Below, piece after piece: positions 46,466 through 55,723 of a stretch of 64,000 nt of DNA. Within the stretch, counting starts at the first letter, position 1; each line of letters opens with the position of its first letter. The position numbers and the translations under genes were made by a program. The DNA lies in NCBI GenBank assembly GCA_050951545.1, contig JBMNJG010000007.1, forward strand, positions 448,001 to 512,000. The letters run 5' to 3'. The stretch is from Limnochordia bacterium (lineage in GTDB: Bacteria; Bacillota; Limnochordia; DTU080). The notes beneath the pieces are model-generated. The model saw only the letters and a program-made list of their open reading frames with translations, had not been told where the DNA came from and did not search any database.

Positions 46466-48934
46466 GTGAGTCTACCATTGGTATATGAAGAGGTCGTACT
46501 TCAGAGCATCCCCAAGTCAGCTCTTGGCCTGTGTTGGTTGTGCGCGCTGACTCTGCTAGCTGTTTTCGCGACTCCCGTAGCAGCGACGGGTTGGCGATCC
46601 GAGCTATATCCCGCTGATTGGACTCCGGGCTTCGCAGACGCAGAGGGGCGCTTTCTGCAGGACTTCTCCTTTGCAGGCTACCATGCGGGGACGCGAGAGA
46701 TACCTGAGGGGGCTGTTGCCCCCGTCGTCGATGTCACACAACCTCCATACTCCGCTGACTTTTCTGGTCAGACGGATGCCACGCAGGCCGTTCAAGCCGC
46801 CATCGACACGGTGGGTGGGGCGGGCGGAGGCACAGTCTATCTGCCCCCGGGTACTTACCGGCTAAGCGCTCCATCTACACAAGCTTTTGCTCTAGGGATC
46901 CCCTACAGCAACGTGCGCCTACTGGGGGCCGGGTCAGAGCAGACGTATCTGCACCTGGACTGCCAGCAGATGCGGAATAAGGATGTCATTCGCGTTTATG
47001 GTGCGGGTGCCTGGCAGCACCCTGTGGGAGCTACGCAGGCGATTGCGGAACCACTGACGTATCCGACACAGATCATCCCGCTAAAGGGCAGGCCGCGTTT
47101 TGAAGTCGGGGATTGGGTGGTCATCACTCACGATACTACAGAAGCTTGGATCGCAGAGCACTACATGGACGATTTGTGGCCGCCAAGCTCGATTCCCGGG
47201 GCCACCTTCTACCGTCAGGTGTTGGCAGTGGACGACGAAAGAGCGACCATCACAGTTGATGCTCCCATTCGCTACTACCTACTACCGCGTGACAACGCCC
47301 GAGTGTACAAAGTAGGCCCTCATGTGGAAGAGGTCGGCATAGCGCACCTGGCCATCGGCATGACAGAGCACCCCGGACAAGGATGGGGTTCGTCAGATTA
47401 CGAGGTGGCTGGCACTGCGGCCTATGATATACACCATTCCCATGCCATTCGGTTCATCGGTGCCGTGAATTCCTGGGTGAATGACGTGCGCAGCTTCAAG
47501 CCGTCGGGTAATGAAAGAGTGCATCTGCTGTCTAACGGCATCCTGATCAGCCATAGTCGTTTTGTGACTATCCAGGGGGTCGATCTGCGGGAACCCCAGT
47601 ACCGGGGCGGTGGCGGTGAGGGCTACCATTTCACCTTAGCAGGCAACGATTCGCTCATTAAGAATTGCGCCGCCTACAACGGGCGGCACAACTACGACTT
47701 CAAGCAGGGCTACGCCAATGGTAACGTGATCACGCAGTGCTACGCCTATAGCCCCGACAGCCTCAATTCGGATTTCCACATGCATCTTTCACCCGCAAAT
47801 CTGATCGATCAGGTGGTGGTGGACCAGGACCGCTTTGACGCTGGCTGGCGCGGTTCATCGGGGACTACGCCTCATGGTCTTAGTACGACGCAGTCTGTTT
47901 TCTGGAATGTCCGGGGTGAAGCCTATAAGCATCGCTATCGGGCCATTGTCTACTCCGAACAGTATGGATGGGGGTATGTGATTGGCACTCAGGGAGCTGC
48001 AGATCAGGTCCAGCTGGGGCGAAACCCCCGTACCCTTCCCGAAGACTATGTCGAGGGTGTGGGGCGCGGCGAGAATTTGGATCCGCCATCTTTGTATGCA
48101 GATCAGCTGAGCCGAAGGCTGGCCCGAGACGAGATCATCCACTGCCCTGAGCTGGATTTTAGACCGCCGATGCCTAGAATCGCTATCCAGTATCCGCAGG
48201 CCAATGACAGAGTCATAGGTGACCTTTCTCTGCAGCTCACGGTGGATCCACCGCGCCAGGATACGAGCCTGACGAAAGTGACCCTCTTGCTTGATCAGGA
48301 TGTGCTCTTTACGGGAAGCGCATTGCCAGACGAGGGGCTGACCATCGATACCCGCCAACTTGAGGATGGCAGGCACACGCTGCGTGTTGAAGCCGTTTCC
48401 GAGGCCGGGCTCGCCGCCCGACAGAATGTAGCCTTCTCGGTAAGCAACAGATGGACCATGGTGGACCATCTCGATGCGCCGATTGAAATGTCTTGGTTTG
48501 GTGTGCTCTCTCGCGAGATGACGCTTGAGGCCTCGGATGGATGGGCCTACGACACGTCGCGGTCTCAAGATTTTGGTGATGACGAGAGTCGCCGTGTTCG
48601 TGATGTAGACAGCGAGGAGTATTTGGTCTGGAAGGCTACAGGACTAGAGACCTTTGCAGTGACCCTCTATTCCCAGACTACGTCAGCGGTTGACTTCGTG
48701 CGCTTAGAGGTTCTCGATGAGTCGGGTTGGCAGAAGCTTGACTTTGTCACGGAGGCCTCGGAGTCCTCAGAGAGTCCATGGTACCAGATTATCTTGACGG
48801 GTTCGGTTCCTCGGGCGACGGCCGTAGAGCGGTTGCGGCTTACTCTGCTATCCGGGGCCGGTGAAGGCCGCCGCATTCAACTGGGTGAGGTGAGGCTGTC
48901 AGGGTGGCGCACCTCACTCGATGATGGGTTGTGA
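46466..48934 (+). CDS. Secreted pectate-lyase-3-like beta-helix protein with an Ig-like and the shared C-terminal domain
   Basis: WRSELYP..LQDFSFAGYH, DATQAVQAAID..GGGTVYLPPGTY and IDTRQLEDGRHTL. Confidence 0.85.
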   Translation: MSLPLVYEEVVLQSIPKSALGLCWLCALTLLAVFATPVAATGWRSELYPADWTPGFADAEGRFLQDFSFAGYHAGTREIPEGAVAPVVDVTQPPYSADFSGQTDATQAVQAAIDTVGGAGGGTVYLPPGTYRLSAPSTQAFALGIPYSNVRLLGAGSEQTYLHLDCQQMRNKDVIRVYGAGAWQHPVGATQAIAEPLTYPTQIIPLKGRPRFEVGDWVVITHDTTEAWIAEHYMDDLWPPSSIPGATFYRQVLAVDDERATITVDAPIRYYLLPRDNARVYKVGPHVEEVGIAHLAIGMTEHPGQGWGSSDYEVAGTAAYDIHHSHAIRFIGAVNSWVNDVRSFKPSGNERVHLLSNGILISHSRFVTIQGVDLREPQYRGGGGEGYHFTLAGNDSLIKNCAAYNGRHNYDFKQGYANGNVITQCYAYSPDSLNSDFHMHLSPANLIDQVVVDQDRFDAGWRGSSGTTPHGLSTTQSVFWNVRGEAYKHRYRAIVYSEQYGWGYVIGTQGAADQVQLGRNPRTLPEDYVEGVGRGENLDPPSLYADQLSRRLARDEIIHCPELDFRPPMPRIAIQYPQANDRVIGDLSLQLTVDPPRQDTSLTKVTLLLDQDVLFTGSALPDEGLTIDTRQLEDGRHTLRVEAVSEAGLAARQNVAFSVSNRWTMVDHLDAPIEMSWFGVLSREMTLEASDGWAYDTSRSQDFGDDESRRVRDVDSEEYLVWKATGLETFAVTLYSQTTSAVDFVRLEVLDESGWQKLDFVTEASESSESPWYQIILTGSVPRATAVERLRLTLLSGAGEGRRIQLGEVRLSGWRTSLDDGL

Positions 48935-48947
48935 GGGGGACTCGCTA

Positions 48948-50132
48948 GTGAACACACAACACTGCTTTGATATCCAGCATTACGGGGCTTGTCCGGACGG
49001 CAACACGTTGAGCACTGTGGCTATCCAGAAGGCCATTGACGCCTGCCATGAGGCTGGTGGAGGGAGGGTCTTGTGTGGCCCAGGGGCTTTTCTGACCGGC
49101 TCGTTGGTTCTGAGGAGCAATGTTGAGTTGCACGTGATGGCCGGATGCAGACTCGTGGGCAGCACCTCGTTAGATGATTACGAGGTGCTGACAGCAGATG
49201 GCTTTAGAACTGAGAACGCTCCAGAGCGTAGTGCCCAGAGCCTCGTGCGAGCGGTCGATGCCGAGAATGTGGCCATTACGGGTCCGGGTGAGCTTGACGG
49301 ATCTGGCTTGGCATTTTATGGCACAGAGAGGGTCAGTGGCCGCTTTTTTGCCAAGCCCAGCACACCGCGGCCGCGTATCGTCATGTTCTACCGCTGCCGG
49401 AATGTCCGCTTCGAAGAGACGTCATTTGTAGACTCGCCATGCTGGACGATGTGGTTGATGAAGTGTGAGCAGGTCCGGATTCACCGGGTGCGCGTTATCG
49501 GTGACCAGAGAATGATCAACAATGACGGTATTGACTTGGACTCTTGTCGCGATGTCGTAGTCAGCGACTGCATTATCAAGACTGGGGATGACTGTCTTGT
49601 GCTACGGGCCTTGGGCCGGGTCTACGACGAGCCGGGTGTGTGCGAGAATGTGACGATCAGCAACTGCGTGCTCGATAGCTGGTGTCAAGCGGTACGTGTC
49701 GGTTGCCCGGGAGACAGTGTCATCCGCAACTGCACGCTAAGTGGTTTGGTGATCCACAGCGCAGCCAATGGGATCGTCTTTGACAACCCAAGGCGTTACC
49801 TGCCGGAAGGTAGCACCGGGAGAGCGGACGTCCACAACATTTCGTTCTCGAATGTCACTATCGATTGTGAGAGAGTACCCATTAAAGTGTCAGTGGAATC
49901 TGGTATCGAGTTGCCCAGGTTGGCTGCATTGAGTTTCTCAGACTTTCGGATACGAAGTGGTGAGCCGTGTCGAGTGGAAGGCAGCCCGGAGACGATTGTC
50001 CGTCATGTGAGTTTCAGCAACATGCAGATCGATACGTATGGCGAAGAGGCCATCGTCTGTCGTCATTGCGAGGGCATTCAGCTTAGGGGTGTGGTCTTGT
50101 CTAACCGGAGGCAAGAGGCGACGGGGGCTTGA
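48948..50132 (+). CDS. GH28-family (polygalacturonase-like) glycoside hydrolase
   Basis: YGA.PDG.T.ST.AIQKAIDAC..GGGRV, NNDGIDLDS and TGDDC. The canonical GHG and RIK motifs are not present. Confidence 0.88.
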   Translation: MNTQHCFDIQHYGACPDGNTLSTVAIQKAIDACHEAGGGRVLCGPGAFLTGSLVLRSNVELHVMAGCRLVGSTSLDDYEVLTADGFRTENAPERSAQSLVRAVDAENVAITGPGELDGSGLAFYGTERVSGRFFAKPSTPRPRIVMFYRCRNVRFEETSFVDSPCWTMWLMKCEQVRIHRVRVIGDQRMINNDGIDLDSCRDVVVSDCIIKTGDDCLVLRALGRVYDEPGVCENVTISNCVLDSWCQAVRVGCPGDSVIRNCTLSGLVIHSAANGIVFDNPRRYLPEGSTGRADVHNISFSNVTIDCERVPIKVSVESGIELPRLAALSFSDFRIRSGEPCRVEGSPETIVRHVSFSNMQIDTYGEEAIVCRHCEGIQLRGVVLSNRRQEATGA

Positions 50133-50156
50133 TGACAGATCCGTGGTGGTAGACGA

Positions 50157-50186
50157 GGAGGGGAGTGAGGTGTCTCGCCCCCCTCC
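50157..50186. terminator. GC-rich hairpin between convergent genes
   Basis: GGAGGGGAGTGAG-GTGT-CTCGCCCCCCTCC imperfect stem. Confidence 0.55.
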
Positions 50187-50211
50187 AATGGTGCAGATCT
50201 GGAGCATCCGG

Positions 50212-51582
50212 CTAGCGGTCGCCAGCCAACTCAGTAGCCATGCAGGCGATCTCTTCTGCTTCGTGGCGCAGGGGCTCCAAACGATCGCCAGTAAAACGAG
50301 AGATCCAGATATCTGGAACCAGGCCTGAGAAAGCTTGCTGTATGTTCTGAGCCTCAGTGTCCATTCGGGCTACCAGGGCCCCTAGGCTCTTCGCCCATTT
50401 GGCATACAGCACTGGCTCGATACGGGCAGGATCCAGTGTGGCGCAGGCCATGTTCTGGCGAGTGCGGCGGATGTTATCCCACGCGGAGTGCTTGAGGCGA
50501 GAGAACGCTGCTACACTCTGGTAGCACGCCTGGAAGCGCTCGTACTCTCCTACTGATTTCAGGAATTCTCGACAGCCATCGATGCCCTCTTGCGGTGCTG
50601 CACCATCATGTAGGACAGCCGCACTGAGCACCAGCACGTCAAGGGCCGCATCAATCGGTTCCACCTGCGTGATCATGGTGTTGTAGCGGCTCCAGGCGGT
50701 GGAGATGACGCCTTTCATCTCAAACCGCTGGGCTATCTCAGTCCAGGCCAGCATGTTCCTGAGGCGGTTCTCCACAACCGGTAGCTCGCTGTCGTTTCCA
50801 TCGGCGCCTTTGTAGGCGGTGCCAGCCCACATGCTGACGCCATGATCTTGGAAACGCTCGATATTGGCCGTATGGTAGTGGGCTCTCGGATTTGCGGTGT
50901 CGGGATGCCCCTGGTAGCCCCAGACACACAGATCTGCCTTCTCCCGGATGTTATGTAGTGAAGCTGCATCCCATTGGGTCATCATATCGTGCCAGAGAAT
51001 TGGCCGGACGCCTCGGGCGAGAAGGTTGTCAAGCAGAGGCTCTACGTGGTGCATATACAGGGCGCCTTTGCCATGCTCTTCGATGAACGCTTTCGTGTCG
51101 GGGTGCGAGCCAAAGGTCCAGGCCTCGTCGCCACCCAAGTGGAAATGTTTGGCATCGGGTAGTAGCGCGAGCACATCATCAACCATTTCTTGCACGAGTT
51201 CGCGGGCTCCTGCTGCCAGCGGGTTAAGCACATCGTAGTGGTCGGGCAACTCACGCAGATGGGCGTACTCCGGGAACTTGAGGGGCGTCTGCATGTGTCC
51301 GAGACACTGTACCAGAGGGATGATCTCTATGCCGAGCACCTTGGCCTTTTCCCGGAAGTGGACGATGTCGTCGGGGCTATAGGCAGTCTCGCACCGAAAG
51401 CGGGTATCGCAAGTCCAGGGAAACATGTCTTCCCATTCAACGAGTACCGCATTGTAGCGGGCTGCAGCCAACAGGTCAAGCAGGCTGAGCAGGCGTTCAT
51501 TCGTTGGTGGCAGGCCTTTCAGGTCAAGGTGTAGACAACGCACAGGAACGACGGGTTGAGACGATCGGAAAAGGTCAGACAA
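50212..51582 (-). CDS. GH20-family hexosaminidase (HexD-like)
   Basis: HLDLKGLPP, VEWEDMFP, IPLVQCLGH, FHLGGDEA (catalytic DE) and TAWSRY. Start placed at TTG 51582. Confidence 0.9.
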   Translation of the reverse strand: MSDLFRSSQPVVPVRCLHLDLKGLPPTNERLLSLLDLLAAARYNAVLVEWEDMFPWTCDTRFRCETAYSPDDIVHFREKAKVLGIEIIPLVQCLGHMQTPLKFPEYAHLRELPDHYDVLNPLAAGARELVQEMVDDVLALLPDAKHFHLGGDEAWTFGSHPDTKAFIEEHGKGALYMHHVEPLLDNLLARGVRPILWHDMMTQWDAASLHNIREKADLCVWGYQGHPDTANPRAHYHTANIERFQDHGVSMWAGTAYKGADGNDSELPVVENRLRNMLAWTEIAQRFEMKGVISTAWSRYNTMITQVEPIDAALDVLVLSAAVLHDGAAPQEGIDGCREFLKSVGEYERFQACYQSVAAFSRLKHSAWDNIRRTRQNMACATLDPARIEPVLYAKWAKSLGALVARMDTEAQNIQQAFSGLVPDIWISRFTGDRLEPLRHEAEEIACMATELAGDR

Positions 51583-51605
51583 GTCAATGCCTCCTTTTTC
51601 AGTTC

Positions 51606-52805
51606 TCAGTGACTCACCTTTTGCCATAGACGGGCCATGGCGAGCAAAGGGTTATGTCCTAGGTAGTCAGGGCATGGGGTGTTCTGACTGGTCTGGGGTT
51701 TGCGCTGCAGATCACGCGGGTTCCCGCCCTGTGGGTGGTAGAACTCCCAGATGGTTCCGGTTTTTTCAAACTGCACCACAGAGGCATCGAGCGCTGCTGC
51801 CAGGATCGCACCAGCCGCATCGGCTCTGCCATAGCGCATGCAGCCGAGGGCGGCCCAGTAGGTCATGCTGTTCCAGGTGGGACCACGCCACATACGCAAC
51901 TCAAAGCGGGGGTCACCTGTGGAAACGGAACTCACGGGATGGGCGGTGAAGAAGCGCTCGGTGTTGAGGAGATTCTCATCAATCACGCGTTGCGCTTGCT
52001 CGGGGGTGGCCGCACCCATGACCATGGGGAACATCCCCTCGAGGGCCATCCGCCGCATTTGCGGTTGACCGACAGCCCACATGTCGTGGAAGAACCCGGT
52101 CTCTTCATCAAACAGGCGGTTTTGTATAAGCTCTCGCAGTGCATCAGCCTTTTGCTGGTGTGGATGAGCATCGCGGCCTAGAATCTCAGCCCAGCGAGCG
52201 GCTGTGGCGTAGGCCTGGTATAGGTGCGATGTGGCATCGACACACGTGTAGGGGCCAGCAGGAGCATCGTCGAAGCGCACGCCTTCATCAACACCGCTCT
52301 CCCAGCTGCGGTGCGTGATATCCAGGTAGAAGAAACCGCCTTCCTCGGCTCGTCGATTGGTCTCGAACCAGTTGAGTTGGCGAAGCAACGGCTCGTAGCA
52401 CTGACCGATCAGCTTGTTACAGCCCGTGAGGGAGCAGTAGGCGTCGACAGCGACTGGCCAGACAAGGGGGTGCCCCACTGTCTTGCTCCAGCGCGGTTCG
52501 GGGCCTCGCAGCCAAATAGAGCCAGGCACCAAACCGTCAGGCTCTTGGTTGGCCAGGTTATTGAGGATCTGATTTCTGGCATGCTCAGGCTCTGAGGGAA
52601 GCGTGTCAAATACTTGGTGGATGATATCCCAGTGGCCAAATGCCGGGGAGGCCTGATAGCCTGGCCCAATCTCCTCCCATGGGTATGCGAAGGGAGGGCG
52701 AGGTGGGTGTGTACTACGCTCGTGCAGCTCTGCTACGTATTGGAGCATCGGCTGCCATGCTTGTTTGCCCAAGCGGGCTGCTTCGGCCTTCAGTGCCTCT
52801 AGCAA
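51606..52805 (-). CDS. GH63/MGH1-like (trehalase-fold) glycoside hydrolase
   Basis: GHWD, WESGVD..RFD, MWRGPTW and IWEFYHP. Confidence 0.85.
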   Translation of the reverse strand: MLEALKAEAARLGKQAWQPMLQYVAELHERSTHPPRPPFAYPWEEIGPGYQASPAFGHWDIIHQVFDTLPSEPEHARNQILNNLANQEPDGLVPGSIWLRGPEPRWSKTVGHPLVWPVAVDAYCSLTGCNKLIGQCYEPLLRQLNWFETNRRAEEGGFFYLDITHRSWESGVDEGVRFDDAPAGPYTCVDATSHLYQAYATAARWAEILGRDAHPHQQKADALRELIQNRLFDEETGFFHDMWAVGQPQMRRMALEGMFPMVMGAATPEQAQRVIDENLLNTERFFTAHPVSSVSTGDPRFELRMWRGPTWNSMTYWAALGCMRYGRADAAGAILAAALDASVVQFEKTGTIWEFYHPQGGNPRDLQRKPQTSQNTPCPDYLGHNPLLAMARLWQKVSH

Positions 52806-52842
52806 GGGAAGCTCTTCCTTTCTAGATCGGTCTGGGTGTCGA

Positions 52843-53643
52843 CTAGGATGCCGATTCCAGCAGTGTGATCAGCTCAACCATGCCAGCCACGATCTCTTTG
52901 GCTATTTTTCCGCCCAACTCCGCAGAAGCCTGCGACGGATCACCCAAGACACCGATCTTGATTCCCTCATTTTGTTTGATGCGGGGCATGACCATGGGAT
53001 GATCTACAGGCCGCTCCACTGTCTGGTAGGCATCCTGATCTGCTCGGAGCATGGCCATTATCTCTTCGCGGTCAGTGACTCGCTCTTCGCGGACTAGCTC
53101 TGGATGCCAGTACAGCATGCGTGAGGTTTCCGATTTCCCGGCGTGGAAGTCTTTTTGCTCGAAGCATTCCCTGGCGGCAGGTGAGAGGCTGCTTAACGAG
53201 ACCAAGGCCACCTTGGCGTTCGCCAGCGAGGGGTTCATGCGCAAGGTGATATCGAGGCCATCTCGAATTCCCCGCACATTCTCAGAGCCCCCGTGGCCCA
53301 GGGCCACGATGATGTTGACGAATCCTTGCTGGGCCAGTGAGCAGCAGATATCGTTGATTACTGCAGAGACAGTCTGTGGGGCGATATTGATCGTCCCGGG
53401 CAGGCTGCCCCCGGAGTAGCTATAGGGCATGGCAGGCGCCACAAAGCAACCCGTGGCGGCCGAGACTCGTTTGGCAATCTCATAGGCGTTGTGGATATCC
53501 GTACTGAGGGGAAGATGCCACCCGTGCTGCTCCACACAGCCCACTGGCAGGATGACAGTCTGTGTGACGCGTAAGCCTTCCTCAACGTCCTTGATCGTCA
53601 TGAGTTCCATGAGTCGTGTTTGCTTTCCTGATCCTACGTTCAT
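52843..53643 (-). CDS. Creatininase-family amidohydrolase
   Basis: LPVGCVEQHGWHLPLSTD, GHGG.EN, HAGKSETS and GVLGDP..ASAELG. Confidence 0.93.
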   Translation of the reverse strand: MNVGSGKQTRLMELMTIKDVEEGLRVTQTVILPVGCVEQHGWHLPLSTDIHNAYEIAKRVSAATGCFVAPAMPYSYSGGSLPGTINIAPQTVSAVINDICCSLAQQGFVNIIVALGHGGSENVRGIRDGLDITLRMNPSLANAKVALVSLSSLSPAARECFEQKDFHAGKSETSRMLYWHPELVREERVTDREEIMAMLRADQDAYQTVERPVDHPMVMPRIKQNEGIKIGVLGDPSQASAELGGKIAKEIVAGMVELITLLESAS

Positions 53644-53684
53644 GCGCCGCGCCTCTCCTTCTTAGAGCCTTCTGGGCTGCATCA

Positions 53685-53715
53685 GCTCCTGCGGGCCCTT
53701 GGGACCCGCAGGAGC
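53685..53715. terminator. Intercistronic hairpin
   Basis: GCTCCTGCGGG..CCCGCAGGAGC just after the GH20 stop codon. There is no U-tract, so it may be a stability element. Confidence 0.5.
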
Positions 53716-53722
53716 CATCACA

Positions 53723-55627
53723 CTAGCCACGGGCAGCGATTGGACTGCCTGATACGATGCGAGGGTAGTAGTTTGTGTAGCGGACGACGCCCGGCTTGCC
53801 GTTATAGTAGAGTCGCTCGGCTTCCAGCTCCTCAATCTCCGGGAGATCTCCGCCTAGGTAGCGCTCTATTTGGTCAACGGCACTATTAATACGTGCCTCG
53901 ATAGAGGCATAGCGCATATCCATGATATCCCAGCCGAAGGCTTTGTAGGTGTCTAGCCATACCCTTCTGTGGCATTCGTGCAGCTTCTTCATCTGTTTTG
54001 CCAGCGCGGGGAGCTCGTCACTGGCCAGCTCCTCCAATCGCTGGCGATCGCCAGCGCGGTAGGCCTCGGTCACTTTCAGCCCCATCTCGGACTTTAGGGC
54101 CAGCACCTCTGCCACTTGGTGGAGGAATTCAAAGAGAGAGTTGTAGGCCCCATTACGCTTTACGGCCAGACTTAGGGTGTTGGCCAGTTTGGCGTAGTGT
54201 GCCGCGACCGGATGCCCCTCAATGTTCTTGTCGAACAAGCCAGCGAGGATATCCTGCCACATCAGATACTTGCTGGGGTTGGCTGTGTTTAGGTTGTCAG
54301 ACTCGGTGCCGGGTATTTCATCGAGGTACTTCAGATTGATGAAATCGTCGTAGCGGGCACCTGTGCAGAACTCAAAACGCCGCTTAAGTCGCTCCATGTC
54401 GAGCTCGCGAGCGTAGCCGTGCTCGGCAAAGAGTTGCAGACCTAGCAGGGTGGTGTAGATGCTACATTCCGTGCCGTTATCGCCCCATACGGTGGCAAAG
54501 ACCTCTTTGACTCCTTCGTGTTTGCAGGCATTGAGGGCGGCGTTCGTGGTGACGAAGGTCTTGCTCCAGTTGACGGTGTAGCTGATCCAATTCCAGATAC
54601 CCCCAGCGAAGATGGGCTCAGTGCCAAACTCGCGGTGGCGCTTAATGAACTCTCGGTAGAACTTCTCGTCGTGGTGGTAGTAATCCCAGTAGACCAGTTC
54701 TACCCCCTTGGGCATCGAGGCGAGCATCTCGGGAGTGAATTCGACGGCTAGATCATAGTAGCCGCCTGACTTGGAGGCGGCGCGAAAAAACATGTCGCTC
54801 CACATCATCGGTTGCAGTCCGTGCTTTTCCACAATCTCGAGTACCCGTGTGAGGTGCTCGGTCATGATATCAAACTTATTACGCAGCCCGTGGCGCCTAA
54901 AGTAGGCACCCATGCCTAGGCGCCATGCTTCGTCCATCCCGATATGGATGCGTTTGGTACGGAAAGGCGCAGCCGCTGCCTTGATCATGTTCTCAATGAA
55001 CTCGTATGTCCGATCGCTACCCACCAGCAAGGTGGTGTCGTCCTCTTTGATGTCGGCGTATACGGGCCATTTGAGCACATCGGGCAGATGGGCGAGTGTC
55101 TGCATGCAAGGGATCATCTCAATACCGAGAATCGCCGCGTACTCGTCACACTCTCGCAGATCGTCGTGGGTAAATTTCGGCCGCATATAGCCAAAGTACG
55201 GCTCTTCGGGGACTACATAGCTGTCTTCGGTGTACATCATGAGCATGTTGAGGCCCATGATGGCCATGCGCCGGAGAATGTTTTTCACCGTCTCTACTCG
55301 GGGTACCGCATTGCCCTGCGAGACGTCGTACATAACTCCGTTCATGGTGAACTGAGGCTCTTCACTGAGGGAAAAGTCTCCAGATCCTACCGCTAGTTGC
55401 TCCAATAGAAGTCCTAGCGCCCGGAAGAAATGGATTTTCTCTGAGTAGCGGATAGTCGCTTGGTTGCCTTTCTTCTCTACCGTAACCGGGCAGCCAGGTT
55501 GCTGCTCGACTGTGACCGTGAGGCCGTCTGCAGACAGCTGGTAGCGAAAGTCGGGGGCCAGCAACTGCAGGCCTTCCATACAGTCTTGGACATCGCCTTG
55601 AAAGTGGAGACGGTGCTCTTGCGCCAT
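53723..55627 (-). CDS. GH20 beta-N-acetylhexosaminidase (GcnA-like), copy 2
   Basis: MMYTED, PCMQTLAH, IHIGMDEAW, MMWSDMF, YWDYY and WGDNG. Start ATG 55627, after GGAGG. Confidence 0.93.
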   Translation of the reverse strand: MAQEHRLHFQGDVQDCMEGLQLLAPDFRYQLSADGLTVTVEQQPGCPVTVEKKGNQATIRYSEKIHFFRALGLLLEQLAVGSGDFSLSEEPQFTMNGVMYDVSQGNAVPRVETVKNILRRMAIMGLNMLMMYTEDSYVVPEEPYFGYMRPKFTHDDLRECDEYAAILGIEMIPCMQTLAHLPDVLKWPVYADIKEDDTTLLVGSDRTYEFIENMIKAAAAPFRTKRIHIGMDEAWRLGMGAYFRRHGLRNKFDIMTEHLTRVLEIVEKHGLQPMMWSDMFFRAASKSGGYYDLAVEFTPEMLASMPKGVELVYWDYYHHDEKFYREFIKRHREFGTEPIFAGGIWNWISYTVNWSKTFVTTNAALNACKHEGVKEVFATVWGDNGTECSIYTTLLGLQLFAEHGYARELDMERLKRRFEFCTGARYDDFINLKYLDEIPGTESDNLNTANPSKYLMWQDILAGLFDKNIEGHPVAAHYAKLANTLSLAVKRNGAYNSLFEFLHQVAEVLALKSEMGLKVTEAYRAGDRQRLEELASDELPALAKQMKKLHECHRRVWLDTYKAFGWDIMDMRYASIEARINSAVDQIERYLGGDLPEIEELEAERLYYNGKPGVVRYTNYYPRIVSGSPIAARG

Positions 55628-55723
55628 TTCAGGTAACCTCCGTTTGTGTGTGTGGTGATGCAAATGCCGGGGACGCTTGGAAGAAGAGCGCTCGGCAGTT
55701 CCGTGTACCTAGATAAGCTCACA

